Positions 1 to 12,929 of a stretch of DNA of 64,000 bases are shown here, in pieces. The stretch is taken from contig OX597833.1 in assembly GCA_951406725.2 (NCBI GenBank), positions 930,001 through 994,000 of the forward strand, given 5' to 3'. Under the pieces are notes generated by a model that ran no database searches, was not told where the DNA came from, and saw only the letters and a list, made by a program, of their open reading frames with translations. The position numbers and the translations under genes were made by a program. How positions within the stretch are numbered: the first letter of the stretch is position 1; the number at the start of each line of letters is the position of its first letter. The stretch is from Octopus vulgaris. Taxonomy: Eukaryota.

Positions 1-213
1 ACCAGCCATTCCTCATCGTTCGGTTTAACAGACGAGCATTAAATTCAGATGGCGCTGTTCGTCGCCTTCATATTTACAGAAACAAATGCCAGGTTACGAA
101 TACAAACATTAAACCTACGAACCACCCGATTATTACTAATTCTGGGTCGCTGACTACAAAAAAAAATTGTCATCTGTTTGCTAAAAGGTGTGAGTTACTT
201 ATTTATATTGAAA

Positions 214-601
214 CTAGCAGTATCGCCCGGCATTGCTCGGGTTTGTTTCGACCCTTTAGAATTGGAATTTTTGAAAAGTAAAAATTTTGTAGTTTGTTAT
301 TCTCTTTAAGTGAACATTTTTCTGGTTGAAATACACCGAAAAATGGCGACACAGCAGTTAAAAGATCGTAAAAAATAGGGATTTTCACAGAAAAAAAGCA
401 CCATTTTGATGTAAATAAGTTTTGGTGTTAACATGGTCCGATTTTAATTTTTTCTTCTACGGAATGAAGAGCAAGCCTTCTTCTATCATACTCTCAATTT
501 TGGTCAACTTGCACCGCAGGGTCTTGGAGGAGATTGTGTTAGTTGAAGGCTTCCAAACATGCCATACACTGAAGACAACTTCAGCTTTATATATAGAGAG
601 A
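214..601 (-). mobile_element. Non-autonomous Helitron-like element in intron 1 of gene C
   Basis: On the minus strand it starts A|TC(TCTCTATATATAAAGCTG) and ends with the hairpin CCCGAGCAATGCCGGG followed by CTAG|T, the canonical Helitron termini inserted between A and T. Confidence 0.6.
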
Positions 602-850
602 TATAAAGCAAAAGGACAATGAGAAGAATAGGTTCACTAATGGAAATTGAACCACGCGACTCTCACTTATTGGGTGACAATATATAATCTAAATTTTAGG
701 GGTATTTGTTCTGGGGTGGGGATAAGATTTTCCTATATGAATTCATGGCGTATTGGAATAATTCATCTTTCCTTTCCTTCTGGAAGAAACCATCCGAATC
801 ACTTCTGAAAAGGGATCGGCAAACTTTAAAGTCCCCGAGATACAGCGTAT

Positions 851-855
<5 letters not shown>

Positions 856-930
<75 letters not shown>

Positions 931-1166
931 AGCGAGAGAGAAAGCGAGAGAGAGAGGGAGAGAGAGGGAGAGAGAGGGAGAGAGAGAGGGAGAGAGAGGG
1001 AGAGAGAGAGGGAGAGAGAGAGAGAGAGGGAGAGAGAGAGAGGGAGAGCGAGCGAGAGAGAGAGAGGGAGAGAGAGAGGGAGAGAGAGAGAGGGAGAGAG
1101 AGAGAGACAGAGAGAGAGAGAGACAGGGAGAGAGAGAGGGAGAGAGAGGACAGAGGACAGAGAGAA
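856..1166. repeat. (GA)n/(GAGG) purine microsatellite just inside intron 1 of gene C
   Basis: Seen directly; equivalent GA tracts sit at the same position in genes B (28213-28305) and A (47019-47153). Confidence 0.95.
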
Positions 1167-1207
1167 AGGTTGGAGGTGAGAAAATAAAGTTAGTGTCCTT
1201 TACTTAC

Positions 1208-1328
1208 AGGCTGAAGTGTAGGAATACATCATCACTATCATCAGCATAACCGACATCAACAGCTTGCGAGGCAGACGAGAGGAACCCCAAGACCCCTCGG
1301 CAACCGTAAGATAACCAGACGACATCAT
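1208..1328 (-). CDS. Gene C exon 1 (signal peptide) of the two-Ig paralog family; remainder lies left of the window
   Basis: Translates as MMSSGYLTVAEGSWGSSRLPRKLLMSVMLMIVMMYSYTSA plus 1 nt, then a gtaagt donor (phase 1). Clearly homologous to exon 1 of genes A and B. Intron-1 sequence at 85-160 also aligns with B ~26570-26635 and A ~45365-45430. Confidence 0.85.
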
Positions 1329-1370
1329 ATTTGAAGAACTTTCCAATAGTTCTTCGTGATTAATTATATC

Positions 1371-1540
1371 GTTCGTGATATAATGAAGTCAGTTCACAGA
1401 TAATGTACAAATCCGAAACTGACAGGAATATCAGAGAGGCTGTTTTAAGTGAACTTGTTTTATACGTAAGAACACAAACAACTCGCAATTAAAATGTGAT
1501 AATCACGTGACATCTGGTTTTATTTGCTTAGAATCATTTC
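1371..1540 (-). promoter_or_regulatory. Conserved proximal promoter/5' leader block of gene C
   Basis: Aligns with B 28531-28707 and A 47430-47613. Invariant TCACGTGA at 1503-1510 and AAGTGAA at 1447-1453. Confidence 0.6.
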
Positions 1541-1841
1541 ATTGAAAACCGAACACTTCCTTGTCAATAAATACATATTAGAAATGTATAGAATTACATA
1601 GATAGGGAAAGATTTGATTTGGACAAAAGAGAAGGGAGCAAAAATATGAAGAAAACAGGTTTTTCTTATTGCTGACTGAACGTTCTGGTTTAGTTTATCA
1701 GGCAAGTAAACAGAAGGGTCAAGTTTTGTGAGAGATGTAATACGTAGAAAAGAAAGACTAAGAACTAATGAGAGCGGAGGGGATTGAGTTACTGAAAGAG
1801 GGAACTAAGTGGTTTGGTTTGAGTGATAGTAAAAAACACAA

Positions 1842-1914
<73 letters not shown>

Positions 1915-1916
<2 letters not shown>

Positions 1917-2616
1917 TTTTCTTTCAAAACCTTTGTTATGGGCTCCATAGAATTTCTTTTATCAAAAGAAATTTGCTATACTAGGATCGTGGCACAACAA
2001 ACAAAATATGATATGACTAGCAAAACAAACTAACAGGAATGGCTGTGTGGTAAATGGCGGTGCCCCAGCATGGCCACAGCTTGTGAGCTGAAACTAAATA
2101 AAAAAAAAAATTTTTTTTTTAAATGTAAAGAGAGAGAAAGGAGGAGAGAGAGAGACCATATTACGAAGGGTTAGAGGTAAAGAGAGAACGGAAATGAGGA
2201 GGAAAGGACTTAAGTTAGAAATAAGTAAAAGAGAAATTACTGATGAATAATATCAAAGGGAATATGGCAGTTTGAGTGTAAATAAATGAATGAATGACGA
2301 GGGAAGGAGTAAGAGAAAGTAGGAGAGAGAGAGAGAGAGAGAGAGAGAAGAGTGGAAGAAAGAGACAGAGAAAGGGAGAAAGAGAGAAAGAGAGTTGGGA
2401 CATTTTGAGAAGATAGTCAGAAATAAGAGGTGACCAACTCGTCGAGAATGGCACAGTTTGAATCCAATATCAAGTGCTGTTTTTTCTTTCAAAACCTTTA
2501 TTATGGACTCCATAGAATTTCTTTTATCAAAAGAAATTTGCTATACTAGGATCGTGGCACAACAAACAAAATATGATATGATAAGCAAAACAAACTAACA
2601 GGAATGGCTGTGTGGT
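1915..2616 (+). repeat. ~140-bp direct duplication (1915-2052 vs 2479-2616), each copy ending in a SINE head
   Basis: TTTCTTTCAAAACCTTT...CAGGAATGGCTGTGTGGT occurs twice. The first copy is fused to a bare LINE 3' tail (2054-2100) and the second continues as a SINE to ~2760. Confidence 0.8.
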
Positions 2617-2799
2617 TAGAAACTTGTTTCCCATCCACATGGTTCCGGGTTCAGTCCCACTGCGTGGCACCTTGGGCAAGTGTCTTCTACTATAGCCTCG
2701 GAACAACCAAAGCCTTGTGAGTGGATTTGGTAGACAGAACTTGAAAGAAGCTCGTCGTATATTTATTTATTTTATTTTATTTTATATTATTTTATTTTA

Positions 2800-3378
2800 T
2801 CTAGTTTCAGCTCACGAGCTGTGGCCATGCTGGGGCACCGCCATTTGGTGTTGCTACATGATTTTACTTCACAAATGCTTTTTAGCAATTGCCATTTGGT
2901 GCATGAGAGAGTTCGATGCAGCTGCCCTCATCGGCACCTCCTGCCGTGAAGTTGGTTCATCTGGGACACCTGATAGGAAGAGATCCAGTTTTATTTTAAG
3001 GACATCTGCATCCACCCCATGCAGGTCTCTCAGGTTCTTCGGGAGGATATTGAAGAGCTGTGGGCCTCTGAAGCCCAGGATATTACAGTATCTTGTCCTA
3101 CATCTTGATAGCAAATTTGGAGTCCTTGGCACTATGCAGTGGCGCCCAGTTCTAGTATTTGTGTAACTCTCGAAGCCAAAGTTTGGGACAAGTCCTTCTA
3201 GGATCTTCCAGATGTATATTATGGCATATCTTTCTCGCCTACGCTCTAAGGAATAGAATCTTAATCTCTTGAGTCTTTCCCAGTTGCTTATATGCTGCAC
3301 AGAGGCTATCTTCTTCGTGTAGCTTCGTTGGATCGCCTCAAGTTCTGTAATTAACTTGACACTGGATGGTGACCATAT
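2800..3378 (-). mobile_element. 5'-truncated CR1-group LINE (ORF2 C-terminus plus 3' tail)
   Basis: ORF 2869-3384 (WSP...[16 protein letters not shown]...VPDEP) is homologous to the end of ORF 30281-33070, with the tail GGCGGTGCCCCAGCATGGCCACAGCTCGTGAGCTGAAAC. Confidence 0.9.
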
Positions 3379-3548
3379 ATCCATCTTGATTACTTAATTT
3401 AACTATATTTTATTTATATTATTATATTATACCTCCATTACACCTCTATTTAGTACCTTTTTTCATCAACCATCCAATATAACTCACATACTGTACACAT
3501 AATGAGTAACCTTCTGCCAACATTTGAGATTACACAATTGCTAACTTT

Positions 3549-3603
3549 TATAACTATTTGACCTAGCTATAACTATTTGACCTAGCTATAACTATTTGAC
3601 CTA
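3549..3603. repeat. Three copies of a 20-bp tandem repeat (TATAACTATTTGACCTAGC-like)
   Basis: Seen directly. Confidence 0.85.
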
Positions 3604-4384
3604 TTTATTCTAGCTTTTGAGTAGACACAACTGGCAACACACACACCAGTTTGACTATTGTAAATAAAACTACTTTTCAGAGATAACCATAGTAACACAT
3701 CCTTAACAACAAAAAATGCCTGATATGTACTCACATTTTTATATTTCTGTATTTTATATGTATATATATATATATATATATATTTGTATATATTTGTATA
3801 TATGCATATGTACGTATGATAATACACAGTTGTGCATGTGTGTATTTCTATGCAAAATTAAGGACAGGTACATATATATGCGTATATGTGTATATGTGTT
3901 TATGTGGATATGTTGATGTGTATGTATAAATAAAGGTATTTGTATGCGCTTATGTATGTATATATGTGTACATGTTTACCTGTACGTATGCGAATTTCTT
4001 GCCCGTATATATGTATGTATACAAATGCAGTACGAGTGTATTATTTATTTATTTATCTATTTACGTTTATACATCTGTATGTATGTATGTGTGTGCGTAT
4101 ATACATGTATCTATGCGTACAAAATTCTTATTTGATTATTATCTGTCCAATTCACAATTTTACAAGTATGTATAAGTGTATGTGTGTGTGTATGTGTGTA
4201 TATGTGTGTATGAGCACTAATGCTTGTATATTTATGTATGTATATGTACGTACATACATATATGCCATTCTAATAAATAAGTTACCGTTTAACTAATTAT
4301 CTCTTTCATTAGTCACTTAAACTTATATTTACGACTAATTGTTTATATCAGAGCACCCTCATACACTTATATTTATTTTTTTTT

Positions 4385-4948
4385 CTTTATTGCCCTCAAG
4401 GGGCTAAACACAGAGGGGACAAACAAGGACAGACAAAGGGATTAAGTCGATGACATCGACCCCAGTGCGGAACTGGTACTTAATTTATCGACCCCGAAAA
4501 GATAAAAGGCAAAGTCGACCTCGGCGGAATTTGAACTCAGACCGTAACAGCAGACGAAATACCTATTTCTTTACTACACACAAGGGGCTAAACACAGAGG
4601 GGACAAACAAGGACAGACAAAGGGATTAAGTCGATGACATCGACCCCAGTGCGGAACTGGTACTTAATTTATCGACCCCGAAAAGATAAAAGGCAAAGTC
4701 GACCTCGGCGGAATTTGAACTCAGAACGTAGCGGCAGACGAAATACCTATTTCTTTACTACCCACAAGGGGCTAAACACAGAGAGGGCATACAAGGACAG
4801 ACAAACGGATTAAGTTGATTATATCAACCCCAGTGCGTAACTGGTACTTATTTAATCGACCCCCGAAAGGATGAAAGGCAAAGTCGACCTCGGCGGAATT
4901 TGAACTCAGAAATACCGCTAAGCATTTCGCCCGGCGTGCTAACGATTC
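4385..4948 (-). mobile_element. tRNA-derived SINE family B, trimeric (~184-bp body repeated)
   Basis: B-box-like GAGTTCAAATTC followed by GTCGACTTTGCCTTTCATCC...; same family at 6172-6593, 11131-11731, 13441-13858, 25597-26201, 27495-28022, 44785-45350. Confidence 0.85.
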
Positions 4949-5207
4949 CTCCCACGTTTATCCATATCCTCACATTTATACAATTATATTTTTTAAACAA
5001 ATTTTTAAGGAAAAAATTTTTACAAAACTCCCTCCTTTCTTACATCCCACTAGCTTAAAATTGATAATGAAACATTAAACCATTATTCTGGAATAAGAAT
5101 CTACATAAACGCGTTTGACTAATTTAGCTTCCCAATCGGATTTAGCTAATCAAAAGGGATCTACATCACTATTTTTTACAACAATCACCGACCCTCTTTA
5201 CTTACAC

Positions 5208-5620
5208 AGCAGGAGTGGCTGTGTGGTAAGTAGCTTGTTTACCAACCACTTGGTTCCGGGTTCAGTCGCACTGCGTGGCATCTTGGGCAAGTGTCTTCTA
5301 CTATAGCCTCGGGCCGACCAATGCCTTGTGAGTGGATTTGGTAGACGGAAACTGAAAGAAGCCTGTCGTATATATATATATATATATGCGTGTGTGTGTT
5401 TGTGTGTCTGTGTTTGTCCCCCTAGCATTGCTTGACAACCGATGCTGGTGTGTTTATGTCCCCGTTACTTAGCGGTTCGGCAAAAAGAGACCGATAGAAT
5501 AAGTACTGGGCTTACAAAAGAATAAGTCCCGGGGTCGAGTTGCTCGATTAAAGGCGGTGCTCCAGCATGGACGCAGTCAAATGACTGAAACAAGTAAAAG
5601 AGTAAAAGAGTAAAAGAGAG
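5208..5620 (+). mobile_element. tRNA-derived SINE family A (full length)
   Basis: A-box-like TGGCTGTGTGG, B-box-like GGTTCAGTC, internal (TA)n(TG)n, 3' end GGCGGTGCTCCAGCATGG...CTGAAAC plus (AAAAGAGT)n. About 10 copies in the window. Confidence 0.9.
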
Positions 5621-5941
5621 CAGTTAAACTACACCCCATCAAACAAACACAAACTGGAAATTATAAACTTCACACCCGTCAAACAAACAAAAATCAGAAA
5701 TTATGAACACGGAAAACAAAACATTAACTCGAGGCATTCAACGTTACGTTGGACACTAATCAGAGCACTCTCGTTGCATCGAGAATCAACACTAAGATAC
5801 CACAGCACTTCGAATACGACAGGCAGCACTTACAATACATTAAAAGAGTAAATATTCGCGAGGGATTTTCAAAAGTCATTTAACAAAAGACTTTACAATG
5901 ACTTTACAATAGGCGCAGGAGTGGCTGTGTGGTAAGTAGCT

Positions 5942-6969
5942 GGCTTCCTCCGGCGTTGTGTGCGCCGCTGGAGGATGAATATGTGGTCCTCTTCCACAAA
6001 GGAGGAACCATAGAAAACGAAGTCAAGAAAATGGAAAGGAGGGGCCGATGGGTGGGACTTCTGTCCTGCACGGAGGATCCTGAGTGGCCTTCGCAGGTGG
6101 CTGCGGAGGTCCTATGGGATAGTGATCTGTGCAGGATCATGAATTCCTTCCCGGAGGACTCTTATAAATATATACCTATTTCTTTACTACCCACAAGGGG
6201 CTAAACACAGAGGGGACAAACAAGGAGAGACATAGGTATTAAGCCGATTACATCGACCCCAGTGCGTAACTGGTACTTAATTTATCGACCCCGAAAGGAT
6301 GAAAAGTAAAGTCGACCTCGGCGGAATTTGAACTCGGAACGTAGCGGCAGACGAAATACCTATTTCTTTATTACCCACAAGGGGCTAAACGTAGAGGGGA
6401 CAAACAAAGACAGACATAGGTATTAAGTCGATTACATCGGCCCCAGTGCGTAACTGGTACTTAATTTATCGACCCCGAAAGGATGAAAAGTAAAGTCGAC
6501 CTCGGCGGTATTTGAACTCAGAACGTAGCGGCAGACGAAATACCGCTAAGCATTTCGCCCGACGTGCTAACGTTTCTGCCAGCTCGCCGCCTTAATAATA
6601 TATACCTGTGTGGTCCGGCCTGGAACCAGGTGCATGCTTCAATGAAGCAAGGATACTGGTCGGCCGGATAACCTGAACGAGTCTAGAAAATGTGAAACAT
6701 GTAACTTTTTGTTTGTTTTAAAAAAGAAAAAAAGAATTCTGAACATTGTGTTGTTTAAGTAAGAGGTTTATTGCCTCATTGTGTTTTTTTTTTGGGGGGG
6801 GGGAAGGAAAAAAAGAACATTGTTTTAGAGAAGCGAAAGTGGGCGGGCGCTTTTCGTCTTCTCCCATCATCATCATTTTTGCATCACCATCATTCATACC
6901 ATTAATGTCCGTGTCCAGCCCGCAAAGTTTCCATCTGTGTGATGCCCTTGTGGCAAATTATATGAAATA
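5942..6969 (+). mobile_element. 3' end of a Tx1/L1-like LINE inserted into the head of a family-A SINE, itself carrying a dimeric family-B SINE (6172-6593)
   Basis: The SINE head at 5911-5941 resumes at 6970 with the duplicated target AAGTAGCT. The insert begins with a degenerate coding remnant (...KKMERRGRW) and ends in GAAATAAA. Family assignment is inference. Confidence 0.55.
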
Positions 6970-7355
6970 AAGTAGCTTGCTTACCAATCACATGGTTCCG
7001 GGTTCAGTCCCACTGCGTGGCACCTTGGGCAAGTGTCTTCTACTATAGCCTCGGGCCTACCAAAGCCTTGAGTGGATTTGGTATATGGAAACTGAAAGAA
7101 GCCCGTCGTGTATATATGTATATATATGTGTATGTGTTTGTGTGCCTGTGTTTGCCCCCCCCCCCACATCATCGCTTGACAACTGATGCTGGTGTGTTTA
7201 TGTCCCCGTAACCTAGCGGTTCGGCAAAAGAGACCGATAGAATAAGTACTAGGCTTACAAAGAATAAGTCATGGGGGTCGATTTCCTCGACTAAAGGCGG
7301 TGTTCCAGCATGGCCGCAGTCAAATGACTGAAACAAGTAAAAGAGTAAAAGAGTA
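6970..7355 (+). mobile_element. Body and tail of the interrupted family-A SINE
   Basis: Matches the family-A consensus through the (AAAAGAGT)n tail. Confidence 0.9.
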
Positions 7356-7471
7356 ATGACTTGCTGGGGAAACCCTCCCCCCCATCCAGTGATGAGGGAC
7401 GGAGAATGTACCCCTACTTCTCCCCAGCAAAACCTCGGTAAGTAGCCCTCTCCTACTTCCTTACGCTCCCA

Positions 7472-9640
7472 GTGTTTACCATTACTGTGCTTAGGATAGA
7501 CAGTACAAATGCCCGTGGCGTGAGGTCACTCAGGAAGCAGGGACATCTGCTGAATGACCACAGGTCACTAGGTATGGATGTGACAGCCGTCAGCGAAACC
7601 AGGCTTTCTGGCTCACGCACCTTTGCTCCCAGTTTTGACGCTTTTGAGACTTACGCATCTCTTAGTCGGCCTGGAACCGGAGGCGGAGTGACAGTGCTGC
7701 TCAGGAAAGGAATGGATCTCAAAGCACGGACGATCTTCCTGGACTCGGAAGGTAAGTTGGTAGTCCTGGACATGAGTAGTAGCGAAGGTGGTGCTCCGAC
7801 AGGGGCCAGGGCAGCCAGTTTTCTTCAGACGCTTGGAGGTTTTCCTGGGGACGCCTTGCTTATTAGTATTAGTGAGTTATTGGAACGCTATCTCGGATGC
7901 ACGTCTGGACCCGGTGGATGTAGCCGATAGGAGGGGCGAGTGTAAAAGCCTCACAAACCAGCTTAATCACTTCCAGCTAGTTTATTGGTACAGACTGGAT
8001 TTCTCGAATGCGCCAGTGTGGACTCAGGCAAAACGCACCGGGTCATCACGGTCATATTTAAATAGGTTGTACTGTAGGCCAATAGATAAGGATAGCATAG
8101 GATGTCCACGATTTAAAGTTGCCGGCTACACAGACCACAAATTTGTGATCTGTACCGTCGATCTAGATACGCTTCATCGGTAGGGCCCCGGACACAGGAA
8201 GCTGAATGTGTCCTTCCCGGAGAACCAAGCTTTCAGAGACCGGCTTAGCAAGTTATTCCATGGAAAGTTGACGGGTGCTGTCATCAACAACCGATGCTGG
8301 GTAGCTCTGAAAAGGACGATTAGCGTAGAGGCGTTAGGGTTTAGCAAGGAAATAGCGATAAAGAAGTCTAGCGTAGAGGTAAACCTAGTTAGGAAAATAG
8401 AAAAGGCACTTAGTAAAGGCATAGTGACTGACGTGCTGGCGACGAGATTAACACTTGATCAATTCTTCAACGCTAAGCATGAAAGTTGTGTTGTCAGAGT
8501 TAGGGCGCGAGCTCTAAAATACGAGGCAACGAAAACCGTTCGATGGGACCGGCTAGCTGAGGCACACAACGTGTCAACAAAACCACAATTCTGTCTTTGA
8601 CTTTACAGGACGGGATAATGACAGACGAGTCAAAGCAGTTGTGTGAGGAATTTCGCCAGGCGTAGGGCTCCGCCCCATTTGGATCAATCGAAAGCTTTTG
8701 TTAGGGTCGATCATCAATACTTGGCGGCGGGTTTTGATCTCATTTTCAGAGGCTGGACGCCACAATGTATAGCGACAAGTACTCGGTGGTCATAGTCAAT
8801 GGTCACTTTTCGGAATCGTTTAGTATCACTCGTTCGGTTGGTCAAGGATGCCCACTCTCGCCCCTTCTGTACGTACTGGCTCTCAGGCCATTACTGCGGA
8901 AGCTGGTTGTTTCGAGAGGACGTATCCCGTGTGAACTAGGATGCGGAGTTTTCGTCTCAGAATATGCGGACGACGTCACCGTAATAGTGTCGGACGTCTC
9001 GGTAATCGGGGCAATTGGCACTAAACTAAAGGAATACTAAGCATCTACAGGAGCAAAGATTAACCAGGTGAGGCGAGTGAGCCTGCAGCTCGGCACCTGG
9101 TGAGGCAGGTCCATGCTAGACGGAAGGACCAATTAAACTGCTCGGGGTCTACTTTGGTCCTGATCTCCAACTAGACAAGAACTTGGAATAGGTCACAAGC
9201 AGGGTGGCCAATCTCACCCAGAAATGGAACAAGAGAAAGCTGTCCCTGGAAGGTCGGACGGATGTGGCAAATGCGTACATCGTATCCGTCATCTATTACC
9301 GCCTGACCGTTGTTCCTTGCTTTGCTTCGTGGTTGATTAAGCTGGAGCGCTTGTTCTTCCACCTTCTGTGGAAAGGACAGGTTCCGCTTGTCAGACGGTT
9401 CATTTGCAGTCAGGTGTGCACGCCGTTTGTTAAAAGCGCCTACCCGCTGCTCGTATCTTTCACGAAGCGACAGTCCTGGGCCAAGCATAGACAGAGACAG
9501 GGCTCCAAACGCTCACAGTTCTCAGTCAGACGGGCAATGCGGTCGGTGGTAGCTCGACCATGGATTTCTATATGGGATTAGTGGAGCGCAAGAGAGACGA
9601 CGTTCTGGGGGAAACTATGGGAATTGCGGATGAAGCGTCG
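7472..9640 (+). pseudogene. Degenerate Tx1/L1-clade LINE ORF2 (APE endonuclease plus RT), frameshifted and internally deleted
   Basis: APE motifs STNARG, VSETRL, GGGVTVL, WNAI, YTDHKFV and RT motifs GQGCPLSPLLY, YADD, KLSLEGR spread over five short ORFs. Confidence 0.85.
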
Positions 9641-10092
9641 TTCTAGGAATTTTACCGCAAATATATTTATCGCATGGAAAATTAGCCTCAAGATTCTTGG
9701 CCATAACAAACTTCCCGGATACGCCCCAGCATAACCTATTTCCAGTAACTGAAACAGAGCTAAAATACAAATAAATTTTTGGTTACAGAGTATGCTCCCT
9801 TTAACATATGCTACAAATATTTAATCTTGCAATCATATAGAGGGAAGCAACTCAATGTGAGCCAAATCTTTTCACTTAGAACCGCGTGTGTATCGTTGGC
9901 GATTTTTCTTCCTCTGTCTTCCCTTCCTTGGATCTTTCCTTTTCCTATGTTTCTAACGAAGAGCCCCGCTCGAAACGTTAAACCCTCTTTCTTTCTTTCC
10001 TTTCCTGAGCGTCCAATAACACTATACTTGTTCCACGGCCTCACCTTGTTGTGTTTTCTCTTTGTGTTTTCATGTTTGGATTAACTTTATTA

Positions 10093-10191
<99 letters not shown>

Positions 10192-10197
10192 GTATGC

Positions 10198-10302
<105 letters not shown>

Positions 10303-10334
10303 TATATATATATGTATATACATATGTATATATA

Positions 10335-10375
<41 letters not shown>

Positions 10376-10439
10376 TACATATATATACACACACACACAT
10401 ATATATATAAATAGATAGATAGATAGACATATGCACACA

Positions 10440-10506
<67 letters not shown>

Positions 10507-10599
10507 GTATATGTATATATAAAGTTAATCCAAGCATGAAGACGTGTATATATGGTGGACTCATCCGTTGGTTTCAACGTACGAGGCCCCGGCAACGTA

Positions 10600-12140
10600 G
10601 TCTTTCTTTGTCAGTCAAAATGATGTCTAATCTTACAATCAAGTCCGGTCAACGATTTCCGAAGAAGGCCACAGATGCTGCTAGCAAATCAGTGTAGGTG
10701 GTATATATGCAACCGCTTTTCTCTTTTGCCTTGCAGCCCGAATACTGGTTGCGACAAAGTTTTTAATATCGTTTCGATCCAACGATTTCTATTTTGTTCG
10801 TTCAAAAGCTGTCCGCTCAAAGGTGTTGCGAGTTTTCAGTTCTAAGAGGTTACTCTTCAGCTTGTCTTTACATCTGAGCTTTGGTCGATCAAAATTCCTG
10901 TGCCCACACTCAAGCTGACTAAACATAATGTATTTTCATCACTCGTATTCTTTCGTCACTCATTCTGACGAAATGGCCACAAGAAAGCTCTTGACTCCAC
11001 TAATCTTACACTTGCTAAACAGGTCGGCATCAGAAACTCTGTCTTTAAATGAATAACGATAGATTGTCCTCAGCCTTTGTGGAAGATGTCTAGTTGGTTA
11101 ATGTGTCGTCTATAAGGTATCCACGATATCAAGGCGGCGAGCTGGCAGAAATTTAGCACGCCGGGCGAAATGCGTAGCCGTATTTCGACTGCCGGTACGT
11201 TCTGAGTTCAAATTCCGCCGAGGTCGACTTTGCCTCTCTTCCTGTCGGGGTCGATAAATTAAGTACCTGTTAGGCACTGGGGTCGATGTAATCGACTTAA
11301 TCCGTTTGTCTGTCCTTGTTTGTCCTCTCTGTGCTTAGCCCCTTGTGGGTAATAAAGAAATAGGTATTTCGTCTGTCTTTACGTTCTGAGTTCAAATTCC
11401 GCCGAAGTCGACTTTGCCTTTCATCCTTTCGGGGTCGATAAAATAAGTACCAGTTACGTACTGGGGTCGATGTAATCGACTTAATCCGTTTGTCTGTCCT
11501 TGTTTGTCCTCTCTGTGCTTAGCCCCTTGTGGGTAATAAAGAAATAGGTATTTCGTCTGTCTTTACGTTCTGAGTTCAAATTCCGCCGAGGTCGACTTTG
11601 CCTCTCTTCCTGTCGGGGTCGATAAATTAAGTACCTGTTAGGCACTGGGGTCGATGTAATCGACTTAATCCGTTTGTCTGTCCTTGTTTGTCCTCTCTGT
11701 GTTTAGCCCCTTGTGGGTAGTAAAGAAATAGGTCTCCACGATTCTGAGCCATACAAGGGAGTAGTAAGAACGGCATCTCTATACACCTATACTTCGGTCT
11801 CAATTTTGATGCCCCTTTCAGTCCATTGGCGAGGACGGAGTTTGCCAAATGTGTTGGTTCCCTTTGCAAGACGGCTGACGTTTTCATCATCAAAGGAAGT
11901 GCTCGAATTTACTTTACTACCAAGATATGTAAATGACTTCACATAATTTCGGTTTTCCCGTCAACCTGTGCTGGAGTGTCAGGAAATTTGTGAAGCGGTG
12001 ACCTCTGCTTGACCCCTCGAATTTGTGTAGGTGTAGCACAAAGTTGGTGGACTACTTCCGTCTTCTTTATATTGGTGGTTAACCTAAAGGTTTTACATGC
12101 AGCAGAGAACCGGTCTCGAAGTTCCTGGTGTTCCTAGATT
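10600..12140 (-). mobile_element. Old RTE-like LINE fragment interrupted by a family-B SINE trimer
   Basis: Motifs FTYLGS, VYRDAVLTTPLYGSESW and KLRCKD. The SINE at 11131-11731 is flanked by the target duplication AGGT(A/C)TCCACGAT. Confidence 0.75.
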
Positions 12141-12390
12141 ATCTCCCCTATCCACTATAATAACAATCGCCAATTACCTCCCCTTAGATTTTTTCTACTT
12201 GTTGAATCATTCAGTCATAAACTCCACATACAACATGGAGAAAATAATTTTTCTTAAGAAAATACGTAATTAAATCAATTTTAATGTCACGATTAACGAA
12301 AGTGTGACCGGCCGACAAACACTATATACGATATATCAAATGATATATTAAAACTATCGGTTGTCAAGCAATGCTAGGGGAACAAACACA

Positions 12391-12499
<109 letters not shown>

Positions 12500-12693
12500 T
12501 ACGACAGGCTTCTTTCAGTTTCCGTCTACCAAATCCACTCACAAGGCATTGGTCGGTCCGGGGCTATAGCAGAATACACTTGCCCAAGATGCCACGCAGT
12601 GGGACTGAACCCAGAACCATGTAGTTGGTTAGCAAGCTACTTATCACACTCCTGCGCCTATATATATGTATATTTATATATATGTATGTATGC

Positions 12694-12836
<143 letters not shown>

Positions 12837-12929
12837 TATATATATGTATGTATATATATGTGTATATATGGTGGACTCACCCGTTGGTTTCAACATACGA
12901 AGCTCCGGTAACGTAATCTTTCTTTGTCA

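Noticed and set aside
9880-10085. Penelope-like terminal remnants (also ~40390-40960, 51830-51980, 61600-61740)
   Set aside because: Only short GAAGAG...CGAAACG-type motifs support this, too weak to annotate without a database search.
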